Origin: Guillardia theta CCMP2712
Taxonomy: Eukaryota; Protista; Cryptophyta
Direction: 5' to 3'
Assembly: GCF_000315625.1 (NCBI RefSeq)
Contig: NW_005434452.1
Coordinates: forward strand, 1 to 52,893
Length of the DNA stretch: 52,893 bases
In this document: positions 9,911-24,703 of the stretch, piece by piece
How positions within the stretch are numbered: position 1 is the first letter of the stretch
Layout of the letters: each line of letters starts with the position of its first letter
The notes under the pieces: generated by a model
Told to the model about the DNA's origin: nothing
The model's database searches: none
Seen by the model: the letters and a program-made list of their open reading frames with translations, nothing else
Position numbers and translations under genes: made by a program

Positions 9911-10074
9911 GAGTGGGTAGTTTCCTTTTGATAAAGGGGGTAGGGGGTAGTGGGGGAGTGTTTTACCTGATCGAGACAGATGGAATCCAGTAGGGTAGGG
10001 TACTTGTTTTAGTGGGTAGTTTCTAACTTGATGAAGGGGGTAGGGGGTACTGGGGGAGGGTTTTACCTGATCGA
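9911..10074 (+). repeat. Imperfect ~64-bp G-rich direct repeat (9911-9974, 10010-10074) in a divergent promoter region
   Basis: AGTGGGTAGTTTC...GGGGGTAGGGGGTA...TTTTACCTGATCGA occurs twice. Confidence 0.8.
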
Positions 10075-10247
10075 ATGGGGTAGGTCCAGGGGAACAGTTT
10101 TAGTGGGACGTCGATTGAAAAGATGTCTTTTCCGAGGTTAAAGTTTTTAAATGTCAAATAGGTTCAAAATTTGAAAATCCGGTTTCCTTTTGAAATGCCA
10201 TGAGGCGGGCCGGTTTCAACCAGGAGTGGCGTGCAGGCGGTTCAAAC

Positions 10248-11420
10248 ATGAGCAAGATGGCGGGAGTGGTTCGGGGAGAGCGAGCTAAAGCTTGTCTGCA
10301 GCAGCAGCGCTCTTCTCCTTCAACATTCTACAAGAGCTCCTCCTCTGTCTATGGGTCCTCGTCTCCATGCTGCCGGCCCACTTCTTCTCACTCCTCTGCA
10401 CCCTCCAGTGCAACTCCCGTCCGCAAAAATTTTCACAAGGAAAACCTCAACCGGCTGGCCTTTCTCGAGGAACAGAACCGCAAGAAAAACCAGCATTACA
10501 TGCCACATGACGGAAAGGAATCTCGATCTAGACACCCGAAATCGACTGTCAAGTTTATCAACGATCAGGATGAAGAGTGCGACAGCGATGCTTCGAGAAA
10601 ATCTACCCCTGAAAAGACTCCAAACAAGACTTGCGGATCAGACGACACCTCTTTCAGTCTTCGTTCAGCTGGACAGCCAGATGTCCTGACCCATGTCCAA
10701 CGGAGCGGCAAGGAGGTCGCTGTTGAACGATTGCACAGCACGTCACTCAAACAAGACAAAAACCGGTTCAATGTCTTTTTCACACCCTGCGGTATACCGT
10801 ACACTCAAGTTCAAAGCCCGCGGATCAGAAGGGAGAGAGATCTCATCGACAGGATTGAAAGCTCCCTCCCGTCTGACAGCCGCCTCAATTTTCGACCGAC
10901 TTCAGCACCGGAACGGAAGCTCAAACCAGGCGAGATACCAGGATACTTGTCACGAAGGAAGCAGGAAGCCAGAGCAGAGGCGGTCAGGAGAGCCGATGAA
11001 GCGATGAAGGCCTTGGTGCCCCCAGGCTTTCGGTTGATTGAAGAGGCAGAGAAGGTTGTCAAAGATCGAATGCGTGTGATGTGTTTGACGTGCTTGTCAG
11101 CGGTCCCTGCTGGCCGAGGTTCGAAGATTATGGGAGGAAACCATGTCGGAATATCTCAAGCTCCCAGTGCAAGGCTTGACGCCGTCTAAGGTCTGAGCTT
11201 TCACATAGAGGTGTGAAGCATTACTTCATCCTAGGTGCAGAAGCGACGAATGCTTGAGAAAACAATCGACGACTTGGAGGCGAACATCAAGATTTTCCAG
11301 TCCGATGACTCTCTCATTTTACCTGAAACTTTCTCTCTCTCGACCTTCCGACCAGCCATGCCGCCCATGTCAGAGGGCCAGCGAATCAAGATGCTAAACG
11401 ATAGGCCGAGACCTTTCTAG
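10248..11420 (+). CDS. Enkurin-domain protein (ENKD1/enkurin-like); exons ~10248-11054, 11101-11190, 11235-11420
   Basis: NFHKEN, GEIPGYLSRRK, VPPGFRLIEEAEK, YLKLP and RRMLEKTIDDLEANIKIF motifs; canonical introns. An in-frame ATG at 10200 is an alternative start. Confidence 0.8.
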
Positions 11421-11477
11421 CTTTCTTGCTGCCAGTTAAGCTGTAATCTTGAGCGTGTTGCATGTGAGCCTCGTGTA

Positions 11478-13399
11478 TTATGCTAGGTCGCAGTCTCGCG
11501 GTAATGCGTACACAGGTATGCTAGACAACGAAGAGAACTGAGGTGACTGATATCTGCAAATAATGAATCAGAAGAAAACATCTCGGATGTAACACTCTCA
11601 CTCATGCAGCTCAGACTGCAGGAACATCGATGTTTGCTCTGAAGTTATCGGGGTCCTCGGCGCTCTTTCCGGCGATTTAAGCTGCAAAAGCGCCTTGAGA
11701 CCACACCAACACTCACGAGCGCACGAAACTCACCTTGGATCCGGAGCTAAGGTCTTGCTTCACTTCGCTCGAGGGCGTGCTATTCAATCCTGGTAGGCTG
11801 GAACTTTGGCAAGTATCCGTCTTCGAAGGGGTTAGAAAGGATGCCGGATTCGAGGCTAACGCCCCGTTCAACGATTGTGGAATGAAATTCTGTGCAAGCG
11901 AATTGTTCGACTGATTCAAAGATGAAGTCTGCTGACTGAGCGAAGCGTTTGCGAACGGCAGAGGCATAGACGAGGAAGGGGCCTGGGTTGAGTTTCCTCT
12001 GATGCTGTTGTGCTCTTGTACCTTTGTCTGCCAGCTCTAATTCCAAGTCAGTCGACAAGATTTTTGCGGAGATAAAGAAACACCTGCATGAGAGTGTTCA
12101 CGAAATTCGGATCGTTCATTCCCGAGTTGTAATATTGCCCAAGAAGCGACATATGTTGCATGATAGCCTTTGATGGTTTTTCAATCTATTCATCATCTTG
12201 GATCTCCACGAAACAAACAATTTCAGACCTGATTGACGTTCGATGCTGCACTCGAATTTCCATCGCAACCTCTACCTCCCACTTTAATGTATTCCCAACG
12301 GACCTGTCACGCATATCAAGAAATTTTAGAGCGAAGAGCCAAGTTGCCTCTTCCGGCGAAACATCGCCATCGACATCGCAGGGAACAGAGAGACAATCCT
12401 CCTGGCGCGAGGTAAGTTGGAGAATCAAGAAAGTCTCTGACTGACTCTGTGGGTGAAACAGGATATGGGCCAAATCTTGTTCGCAGAAGACCTTTGAACC
12501 ATTTCCAAGTCAGCGAGCGACATGGCATCGAGAGCCGATGATCCGATGGGCACGAATGGAGGAAACAACCTGTAGTCCATCAGATTTTGAGCGATTCTGC
12601 TTGGATTTAAATGCGTGTTGAGCGCTTGTGGCAAATTGGTATTTTGTCCGCCTTGCATCGCAAACGATGAAGCGTTGTTTTGATTCTGTTGGAACGGATT
12701 GCCAGGACTGCTTTGCTGCATCCCAAACCCTGTTGTCCTCCCATCAAATCTTCATATCAATCATCTCTCTATCATTCCCATCTCGATCTCGATCTCGATC
12801 TCCATTTCCATCATGATCGTCACCGTCATTATCATCAAATCTCATCTTTTGCTTTCTTCTCTCACCTTGGTTGCTTCCAAAACCTCCGCCAGAGGCAGTA
12901 CCGAACCCACTGGCCCCGAAGCCATTCGGAGTTGCACCCACAGCCCCGCCAGGGCTGCCGAACGGGTTTGCGTTGCCGCTGAATCCAGAGCTTGCGAAGG
13001 GATTGGAGGCAGCAGCAAAGGGGTTAGAGGCAGCGGCGAAGGGGTTGGAGGCAGCCGTAAAGGAGTTGTTGAAGGAGTTGTTGGAGCTGAAGGGATCGTC
13101 GGGTTGAGAATGCAGGAACCTGAAGACAAGTCAGAAGCCGGTCAACAAGCGAACATGCAAGCCTGCATCGATCGCCAAACTGACAGGATCCTGGAGTGCC
13201 ATTCCAGTTTCTGCAGCGATCCTTGGTGGAGGACCGACCCGAGTCGTTGTTGCCGCTGTGCAGAAATCTGACGGGAACATCAGGGTTCGCACACAACAAG
13301 TTCATGTTGCCACCTGCAATTGTTTCCGAAGGAACAGGAGCCTGGAGTCCCATTCCAGTTGCGACACACTGTTTTGTTGGAGCCACGCGATTTGGACAT
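11478..13399 (-). CDS. NUP42: Nucleoporin NUP42/NUPL2(CG1)-like: two CCCH zinc fingers, NPF/FG repeats, C-terminal Gle1-binding-like motif; multi-exon
   Basis: Spliced MSKSRGSNKTVCRNWNGTPGSCSFGNNCR|FLH...CRNWNGTPGSCQFGDRCR|FLH; SNPFAAA and GFG repeats; WPISCF...DVSPEE; C-terminus ELHEYQSPQFSSLSSIPVYALPRDCDLA*. Confidence 0.7.
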
Positions 13400-13708
13400 T
13401 TTTGCTTCTGTTTCGATCTATTGCAATCGCCTTGCACTGTTGAGGTTTATCTCAGCATTCCTGGAAATCAAATTTGTCATGGTCGGGATTCATTCTTGAC
13501 ATCATAGACGTGGAGCATTAAGTTATTGTTGCAAAATTCCGTGATGTTCGATGACGCGTCTTGTTCATGCTGATAGTTCGATATCGATGTCATCTTGTCT
13601 AAATAGTGAGAACTAAATACAGAAAAACGTCTGTCGCAAGGAGTGTGACTCATGCAATCTCAAATGAACTCCATCACGCCTTCACTCACCAATTGAAATA
13701 CTCTCAGA

Positions 13709-13899
13709 CTTGTTCTCGCTCTCTTCATCTCTCATGCTTGTTCTCGCTCTCTTCATCTCTCATACTTGTTCTCGCTCTCTTCATCTCTCATGCTTGTTCT
13801 CGCTCTCTTCATCTCTCATGCTTGTTCTCGCTCTCTTCATCTCTCATACTTGTTCTCGCTCTCTTCATCTCTCATGCTTCTTCTCGCTCTCTTCATCTC
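13709..13899 (+). repeat. 28-bp minisatellite x~6.8 (CTTGTTCTCGCTCTCTTCATCTCTCAT[G/A])
   Basis: Directly visible tandem units. Confidence 0.95.
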
Positions 13900-14003
13900 A
13901 CAATTCGAGCTGCATGCTATCCGGAGCCGGGGCCGGGTCTCCCGGGCCGGCCAGCAACGAGGACAAATAGTTGTCAATCCTGCCGGTGCCAGAGCGGTCA
14001 ACC

Positions 14004-14209
14004 GTTGGTGCGGCAGGAGACAGCAATGGAGGGCGAGACAGGAGCCCCGGGAAATGATGCGGAGGAGACAGCAGAAGACACCAACGAAGCTGCTCAAGCT
14101 GCTCAAGTTGGTGCGGCAGGAGACAGCAATGGAGGGCGAGACAGGAGCCCCGGGAAATGATGCGGAGGAGACAGCAGAAGACACCAACGAAGCTGCTCAA
14201 GCTGCTCAA
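14004..14209 (+). repeat. Perfect 103-bp tandem duplication containing the start codon of the TPR gene
   Basis: 14004-14106 = 14107-14209; ATGs at 14026 and 14129. Confidence 0.9.
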
Positions 14210-15163
14210 GGCAGCACGGCAAACGCTCCTCGAGAGGTTTTTAAATAGAATTTCAAGTTGCGGGGGTATTACTATCAGGCTCCCGCTTATCGAGTGGCTG
14301 CTCTGTGCGATCTTGGCTCCACGTATAGAATCATAGGAAATCTGGACAAATCGGATGAAATGGTTCCATTTGATGAGCTCGCTATCATTTGAAAGTGGCT
14401 GACTCATCTTACAGTTTCGTGAGGCTCTTTCAATAGATCCTCACAATGTGCGCACTCTTTCACACTATGGTACCTTCTTGTACACCGGCTGCGTCGACTA
14501 TGATCGAGCAGCCGAGGTGAAGTGGATGCAGTTGTGTTCCATGGTCGATAGTTGACAAACCTCCTGGCAGTGCTTTGAGAAGGCACTTAGAATCGACGAC
14601 AGCCATGTTCTGACGCTTTGCTGTAATGAGTTCTTGCCTTTGCGAACCAGGAATAACAAGATTCGTTCTCGCAGGTTATGCGGATATGCTAGCTTCACGA
14701 AACAATCCCAACCGTAACTCTCAATTGTTGCACGGCGCAGATTTGCTTGCTTGACGCTGCATGTGCAGATGATGATCACAAAGCAGACCAACTCATCGAC
14801 AAGGCCAGATGGTTGGCTTCGAGTGAATCAGAAAAGCAAAGTGTCAAATTCGTCAAGAAGAACATTGCCGAGAGCAGGCGCTACGAAATCGAAGCAAAAG
14901 CAGCTCGGGTAATCAACGAGATCCATGCTTTGCTTTGTCTCAGTACTTTGCTATCCGCAGGAGCAATACAAAAGAATGATAGAGGATCAGTACGCATCAT
15001 ATCTCGCATCGAAAACTTCGAAAGGGAAGAAAAGCGGGAAGAAGAAGTAACAGACGATGCAGCTTTCACATTATTCAGAAATAGGTCAAGAGCCCTCTTA
15101 ACCCTTTTGCATTCAGTCCTTGGAGAAATTGTGTTCCACATTCTCTCAGCTCCCAAGACCTAG
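14129..15163 (+). CDS. TPR-repeat protein, multi-exon
   Basis: Spliced segments ALCDLGSTYRIIGNLDKSDEM|FREALSIDPHNVRTLSHYGTFLY...DYDRAAE|CFEKALRIDDSHVLTL are TPR-like. Confidence 0.75.
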
Positions 15164-15294
15164 ACAGTGACTGAAGATATTCTTTCTACTTCACAAAAAG
15201 TTACTTAGATGAGTCTTTCTACTTCCCAGAAAGCTGCTTGGCCCTTCTGTTCTGTTACTTTTACATACCAGAGGAGAGGAGAGGTTGCAATGTT

Positions 15295-16004
15295 TCACTT
15301 GGACTGAACGAGAGCATCCACCTTGCGTGACGCAGTCAAACCTTGACGGCTGGAGTATGATGTAGGAGCAGAGCCTCACCTTGATGTTGAAGAGATCACA
15401 CTGCACAGGCATGTCCAGCTCCTGGTGAGAAGCGATAAGAAAGCGGCCCTCATCTCTCCCTCATCTTACATAGAACGGATTCTTCAGAACGTAGTCGGAG
15501 AATCTGCAAACACCATCATGAGCTCTTGCCTCGTGCGAAGCGATGTGCTAGTCACATGATGTAGATCTGCTTCAGCAATGCATCCAGGGCTACAACCTTT
15601 GGTTCTGCGAGCATAAGAAACTTGATTCCTGAACAATCTTGAATTGGAAATTTGATCAGGAGAAACGTGCATGCCTGTTGGGCTCTGATAGCATTCCAAT
15701 CGAAAGCTGTCCGCTTCCAAAGTTTCTATGCCCGTTGGCGGCCCTACTGGAGTAAGTCTTCCGGCTATCGCGTGCATGCTTTCAAAGAATTTCAGCACAC
15801 ATGACATTGAAACGTTGGTCTCAAAGACCTGTGAAACGTCGAGGCGAGTCGCAGGCAATCATTCACATTCAACGGTGCTATGTCCTGCGAGAAATGCTGC
15901 ACTAAAGAGTGACGGAAGAACATCATTTTGATACAGGTTACCCTGGTATATATGAGTCCTCCTGCTTTGTTGATGATAAACAACGTCAGGCAACCTGAAG
16001 GCAT
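15295..16004 (-). CDS. TRAPPC4: Trafficking protein particle complex subunit 4 (synbindin/Trs23), multi-exon
   Basis: LFIINKAGGLIY, NDCLRLASTFH, MHAI, GIETLEADSFRLECYQSPTG, SDYVLKNPFY and DMPVQCDLF motifs. Confidence 0.92.
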
Positions 16005-16230
16005 GCTTCACAGCCGTAAAGTGCGCTTAGTTTGCCAGCTGGTTGCAAAACAGTGCTCGAATCACGTCTTGTAAGCTGCAGGACCTAGTGTCTGCCATGG
16101 ACACGGATTTAGCCGCCATGACGCATCATGTGCGCACATACCTCTCCTCGAGGCAACTGGCCAACCAAGCAGACTGCATGTTTCCCTTCTCAACAGCGCA
16201 CCGGTATCTAAACCCAACCTAAACCATACT

Positions 16231-17334
16231 AGGTGGGTCCGGTATACTGTTAACAGTTAAATTCTTTCGGGCCTTATTTTACTGTTAAGTTAAACAGTTA
16301 GCATGAAAAGTGTTCCGGTATACTGTTAACAGTATTCCAGCAAATTTTCGTTTTCGTCATCAATTTTCAAAATATGCCTCCAAAAGTGTGAAATTATCAT
16401 GGCGGTCCATGAAAAAATGTGTGCAAGATGCTATGCTTCCGAACGCAGATCAAGGTGCTTCCGATGCCAATGTCGAACACAAGGGCAACCGGAACAGATC
16501 TCTAAGTTTAAACAAGTGAGCTGGCATGGGCTTAAACGATGATAAGAGCTCGGTAAGAATGACTTTATTACAGACAAACTATAGCTTTCAAAACCATGAC
16601 CAATGCACATCGTTGACGATGTAAAGTCAGACAAACATACCAAGTTTGAATACACCGACTGGGAAATTAGAATTTGCGACATCATCAGCTTCACATCTGC
16701 GAAATGGTGTTCACCTTGAGCCGACATTTCCGAACTCGGAAGGACATCGCTATCACCTCATGTTTGAGTCATGACAGTCAGTCTTCGTTGCGACCCTCCT
16801 CATGACAGAGTCCGTCTTGGTTGCGTATTTATGAGTGTCTGAGAGACCTGTTGCTGTCCCTGGAATCATCAGTGCTAGCTTCTGAATAAACTTGGATAGC
16901 TATGATCCAAGTCGATTGACAGCAGCAATACATCGGCTCTTGACGTGAAATCTTTCAACGTGATGCATTGAGAAAGTGCACTTTACGGTGGATTGTATGC
17001 TATCGATGTGTATCATAGCATAACCCAGTAAGAGGAGCATTGCTCTTGATGATCAGCGCGTTGGGGGCGACTTATGCCGCCGCAGTGCGGGAGGGGCAGC
17101 ATGGAGCCAAGGCGGGTCGGGGGGGGGGCTCACCAGGGGAGTTTAAAAATCTGACTTTTAAATTTAACTAACCGCGATGAAACAATCGCGGTGCTTAATT
17201 TGATCGGATTTGAAGTTTAAAGACTTAACCATTAACTGTTAACAGTTAGATGAAAACCGTTGAAAAACGGTTAACTGTTAACAGTTAAAATTTGTACCAG
17301 AGCCCTAACTGTTAACAGTATACCGGACCCACCT
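16231..17334. mobile_element. 1.1-kb non-autonomous DNA transposon with perfect 29-bp TIRs
   Basis: AGGTGGGTCCGGTATACTGTTAACAGTTA at 16231-16259 and its reverse complement at 17306-17334; ACT flanks both ends; five copies of the palindrome ACTGTTAACAGT near the ends; no transposase ORF. Confidence 0.9.
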
Positions 17335-17515
17335 ACTGAACCTTCACTAAACCCTCCCCCTCTAAATCAAGCTTTTGCAGGGTAGGGTACTGCTCAGTTA
17401 TAAGAGGGGTGGTATGAGGGCAATTGGGGGTAGGGTGATCAGCTAGGGGGTGGGCTTCAAGATGGCACGTCACGATGAGATTGAATGTGAAAATGGAAGA
17501 CCAGAAAGTTGTGAA

Positions 17516-17667
<152 letters not shown>

Positions 17668-17929
17668 AGGAAGGGAGGGCTTGGGTAGCGAGGAGGTGGA
17701 GTGGGGAGGGAGAACAACGGAGAAACGACGGTAGAAGAAAGTAGGGAGAGCTTGGGTGGGGAGATGGGTTGAGAGCATTGGCTGCAGGTGCAGCTGAACA
17801 CAGAGACAAACAGAAAGAGATAAAACGTGGAGGATGCTTCGAGGAGAATGAGGCTGAGATCTGTGTCTGTCATTAAGCCAGAACAGCAGATTGATCCGAC
17901 TCGACGTAGATAGATCAGATTTCATTGCA

Positions 17930-20154
17930 TGACCTTGATGAAAGATACATGTTACAGAGCAATGGCAAAGGCCTGACAGCTGATGAGTGGCTTGTTTGCT
18001 CCTGACAATTTGTTGTCAGAATGTTTTGAATGTGAGGTAGAAACCAGTCATGGGGGATATTCATGTACACACGGCTCCGCATGGGTATGAAGAGGAAGGT
18101 TACTTGGTGTGGTACTGGGGAGATGTCGCATTCACTCTCATCTACGCCGGCCTTGGTGAGCCATACGATTCCATCATCCTTGTCCTGCCTCAAAATTCTC
18201 CTCCTCCCCCACCCCCCAACGCCCCCTTTCTCCTCCTCTTCCGTCAACGTTGCCGCCACCTCTCCATCCCCCCATGGTCCTGTTCTTGCACGCTCTTCTC
18301 TTCCTTGGCTCCTCTCTCTACCCCGCCTCTCTTCTCGGCTCGTCGTCCCCGCTGCTCCTGATCCTTTTTGCCCAGCTGTCGCAGAGCTCTACGTGGTCCA
18401 TTTCTCCACACAGAGGCGGAAGGAGGTCCCATGGAGGGAGTCAGGAGGAGGTCAGGCAGGAGTCGCTTGCGCTTATGGTCACTGTGCGACAGGGATGGAC
18501 TGGTGGCGCAAGAAGTTTCTCTTCCTGTGCATGCTCCTTCCTCTCACCGTGTTGAGATCTTGGAATTTATGGCTGTGGGCCGAATTCAATGGCGAAGCGG
18601 GTAACCTCCTCCTCCTCCTCCTCCTCCACCTCCTCCTGGTTTGACTCGGAAGTGTCCTATGTCCCCCACCCTGCGAGAACGCTGAGCTTGACTTCCGCTT
18701 CGTTGAGAACTTTAGGTCCTGTTCCAAGAGCCCGTCACTTGACACTCCATGGNNNNNNNNNNNNNNNNNNNNNNNNNNNNNNNNNNNNNNNNNNNNNNNN
18801 NNNNNNNNNNNNNNNNNNNNNNNNNNNNNNNNNNNNNNNNNNNNNNNNNNNNTCCAATTGACTGCTTTCGTTTCCTTCATTCCCTCACTCTCAATTGTAC
18901 TAGGTGAGGATGTAGGGGACCCGGACAGGATCAATTCGCTCAAGTCGCAGGGGGACTGGCTGAACGCGATTGCCTTCTGGTACCTCCTCGCGCTAAAGTC
19001 CCTCTTCCTCTTGACCTGGCACGAAATCACCCGATCCGGGGGGCTCCTGCGATGGAGGACAGTTTACTTCCGCCTGGCGGGCGGTAAGTCCTGCTGAGCT
19101 GCTGCTGGGGTCCCGGGGTCTAACAAGGCTCGCAGCCATCGCAGCCCTCGCCATCTTCGTGGGGGTCCCGCAGGCTCTGGCGGTGCAGTATGGAAACATC
19201 TGCGACAGCAGCAGACACAACGACTACTGTAGGAAGTATCTGGACGCGACCTCCGCGCTCGTGGTGCTGCAGGTGGGCAGGATAGCGACATCCGGGGGGG
19301 CTGGGGGGGGGAGCGGGAGGGAGCGACGAGAAAGAGAGCGACAAGGGAGGAGCGAGAGGGAGAGAGGGATGACGTGGCAGCAGGCGATCATCGGCGTTGG
19401 GTTCGGCTTCGCGTTCGGCTCCTACGTGTGGAACTTACAGGCCAACGACCTGGTGGGGTACGAGGCCCTGCCGTCTCAGAGCCTCCTCAACCAGGCAGGG
19501 AACCGCGACAGCTACGGCAGCACGGATGGAAATCTGTCGGACCAAGAGACAGGGCTGAGTAGAGACATCCATCATAAGTTTCGCCTACAGCAGGCAAAGG
19601 TCTTGCATCCTCCTCCCTTCTCTCCCTCCTCTCCTTCCTCCCTTCTCTCCCCCTCTCCTCCCCCTTCCCTCTCCTGGCTCTCGATCCTCTTCTCGTTGCT
19701 CAGAGATTCGTTGCTCCTGATGTTGCTGCAGATGTACGACGGGACCGCCCACTGCGTCTCCTTCTCGCTCATAGCTCACTGCGCCTTCAACGTCTACTTC
19801 GCCTGGTACGCGAGCGGAGGCCTGGGGCTTATCGGCAACAGCAGCCTCATGGTCCTCACCATCCTCAAGCTCATCGCCGTCGAGATGGCGCCCCTCGCCT
19901 GGTTCTGTATCACCATCTATGCCGGTACACCTCTCACCCCTTTCCCCCTCCCTCCATGCCTCCAACGTGATCCAGTCCTGTCTCCTTCTCCCTCCTCCCC
20001 TCCTCCACATGTCTCCTTAACGATACTTGCAGATTTTGCGAGTGTGGAGCGGGTGACAGTCGAAGCAAGCATGCTCGAGGAGATGGGGAACCACGATGCT
20101 GGCGAGCAGAGGAGAGAGAGCGGTAGCGGATATTCTCCTGCGACCTCCTGCTAA
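17930..20154 (+). CDS. Multi-pass membrane protein, multi-exon (weak resemblance to CPBP/Rce1-like family); boundaries approximate
   Basis: Several hydrophobic exons (FLFLCMLLPLTVL, AIAFWYLLALKSLFLL, QAIIGVGFGFAFGSY, SLIAHCAFNVYF) separated by GT-AG introns; contains a gap. Confidence 0.5.
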
Positions 20155-20301
20155 TGGTTGGCAGGAAAACAAGCAAGAGAACATGATGCTCCTGCGCCGC
20201 CCGAGGCCTATCAGATCGAATGATCTCTTTATTCTTTTGCATCCTCACCAGTTTTTGTTCTCATCGTTTTGCTCTAAACTTGTAGATTCTCTTGCTCTCC
20301 T

Positions 20302-22900
<2,599 letters not shown>

Positions 22901-23059
22901 AGGAGCTGTGACATGCGATGAGTCATGACTAGCCCCTCGGCTGGTCCTACAGATGTTGACCCGTCGAGCGGTAAAAACATTTCAAACCGTCACGAGTTGA
23001 ATTGACTCGCCGGAAGCCTTCCGATGTTCGACCTTTGCCTGCGGCAACTTTTAACTTAA

Positions 23060-23965
23060 CTAGCCCCGGCGGCCCGGCCGGCGGGCCGGCCCGGGGGCGC
23101 CGAGGCCGGCGGCGGGCCCGGGGCACCCGGTGGCACCTGGCACTGAGCGGAGTCACGCGGGGGATCACTGATGCCGTAGTACGGTCGGACCGTCTGGAAC
23201 GTCACGGTTGAAGCCTGAAGTTCCGAGTTCCCGGGCCCGGACTCATCGCCGCCGCCGGATGATAATCCGAATCCGGGACTCGGCGGATGCGAGTCCGCCG
23301 TCAGCCTGGCTCAGCTCCGACTGTCGGACTCACCCACCCGGCCGCTCCGGCCAGTGACACGGTCAGTGGCATGACTCAGCAGTCCGCTCGCCGGATCATT
23401 GCCAAGTTGCCAGTGTCAGCCTGATCGGCGGAGGTGGCACCGGCCGGGGGAACTTGGACCGAGTCACGTACTGGCACCTGACCGTCGCTGATGCGCCGGG
23501 CCGCAGTCACAGTGCAACGGTCCGACGGTCACCGGAGTCGGGCCCGGCGATCCGTGAGCGGCCGGGCCGGCCCCGGCGCCCGGCCGCCCGGGGACTCCCG
23601 GCGGCCGCCCCGCCCGGGTCACACCGGACTGACGGCCCGGATGCCATGATTCACCCGGCGCCGCCGTTCTGGCAACAGTACACGGTGAACGGCGTCACAG
23701 TGTCGGCCCCACGCGGCCCGGGCCGGCGGGCGGGCCGCCGCACCAGACGGTCCGGGCCGCGTGACACGCCGGTCACTGACCGTACGGTGCCCATGCCGGT
23801 CACCCTGCCACCGAGTGTCCGATCGTGTGGCCGCGCGGGGCCGCGCGGGGCCGGGGAGCCTGAGCCTCCGGGCGTCCGATCGCGCGGCGCCCCGGCGGGC
23901 TGCCCGTGGCCTGCCGGCCGCCGCGCTGAGCCGCCGGCCGGGTCGCTGCCGTGCAGTGACTTCTG
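23060..23965. promoter_or_regulatory. GC-rich intergenic island (CCGG/TGACT/CAGT-word rich) between divergent genes
   Basis: Very high GC and no credible ORF. Similar islands at ~6600-7260, 28090-28760, 33730-34500, 40940-41400, 44500-45130 and 46450-46730. Regulatory role is inferred from position only. Confidence 0.4.
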
Positions 23966-24483
23966 AAGCCACGCTTGATGAGTAAACTCTGCAGTACACC
24001 CTGATACCCCAAGGTGTGTGTTCTGCGGGGGTGGCAGTACAAGGGTACTTGACGGGTGGGGTAAAAAGAGGGAAATAGGGGGTTAAATGAAGCTAAAATG
24101 GTAGGTAAGGGGTATGAAGGGAGGGGTATCAGGGGTAGGGTAGCAGGGAAACGATAAAAAGAATCACCGAGAATAGAACAGCAACCAACACAGGTGCGAA
24201 CATGGTGTGAGGGAAACGAAAGAGAGCAAGAAATGGCGAGTGTTGTGGAGAGAGAAGGGTTATGAGGTTAAGGAAAGATAAAAACTTTGCAATGTACGAT
24301 GATGCCTGCTTGATATTGATGCAAGATTGCTCTGTTGTCCCCTTGAAAATGTCCCGAACATTGCTGAGTGAAGTCAAGAAGCTGGGGGGTTTTGATGTTC
24401 CCGTTCGCTTTCAATTTGACAATTTTGTCGGGATTACATCTCACTGGTATTTCGTTTCAAATTTTTGATTTTTCCGCAGTAAA

Positions 24484-24703
24484 ATGTTCACTACTCTCTG
24501 GATGTGGCGTCAGGAATACCAGCACGTATGGATTCATTTTTCTTGCTTTGTGGTAGATTGGCTCACTACTCTATTTGTACAGCACGAGCAGCTCCCGCTC
24601 GCCTTCAACGGCACCTGGCCTTCCTGGAACTCTGACCTCGACAACCGCCCGGTAAACTTAATTTTCAAGATTTCCCTCACGCTGACATTCTGCACAGTGG
24701 TAA
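24484..24703 (+). CDS. 38-aa microprotein MFTTLWMWRQEYQHHEQLPLAFNGTWPSWNSDLDNRPW (exons 24484-24525, 24583-24651, 24698-24703)
   Basis: Two canonical GT-AG introns, C-ending codon bias against AT-rich flanks, and a clear paralog at 25459-25563. Confidence 0.7.

Noticed and set aside
13709-13899. 28-bp repeats as CRISPR repeats
   Set aside because: Head-to-tail with no spacers.
13606-14248. Hydrophobic repetitive ORFs
   Set aside because: Translations of the 28-bp minisatellite and the 103-bp duplication.
16400-17050. Possible transposase remnant inside the TIR element
   Set aside because: No DDE or other recognisable motif in any frame by eye.
23002-24042. Arg/Pro/Gly-rich ORFs in GC islands (also 28134-28713, 33731-34522, 40978-41341, 44505-45164)
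   Set aside because: Stop-poor because of extreme GC content; no domain signal or consistent strand.
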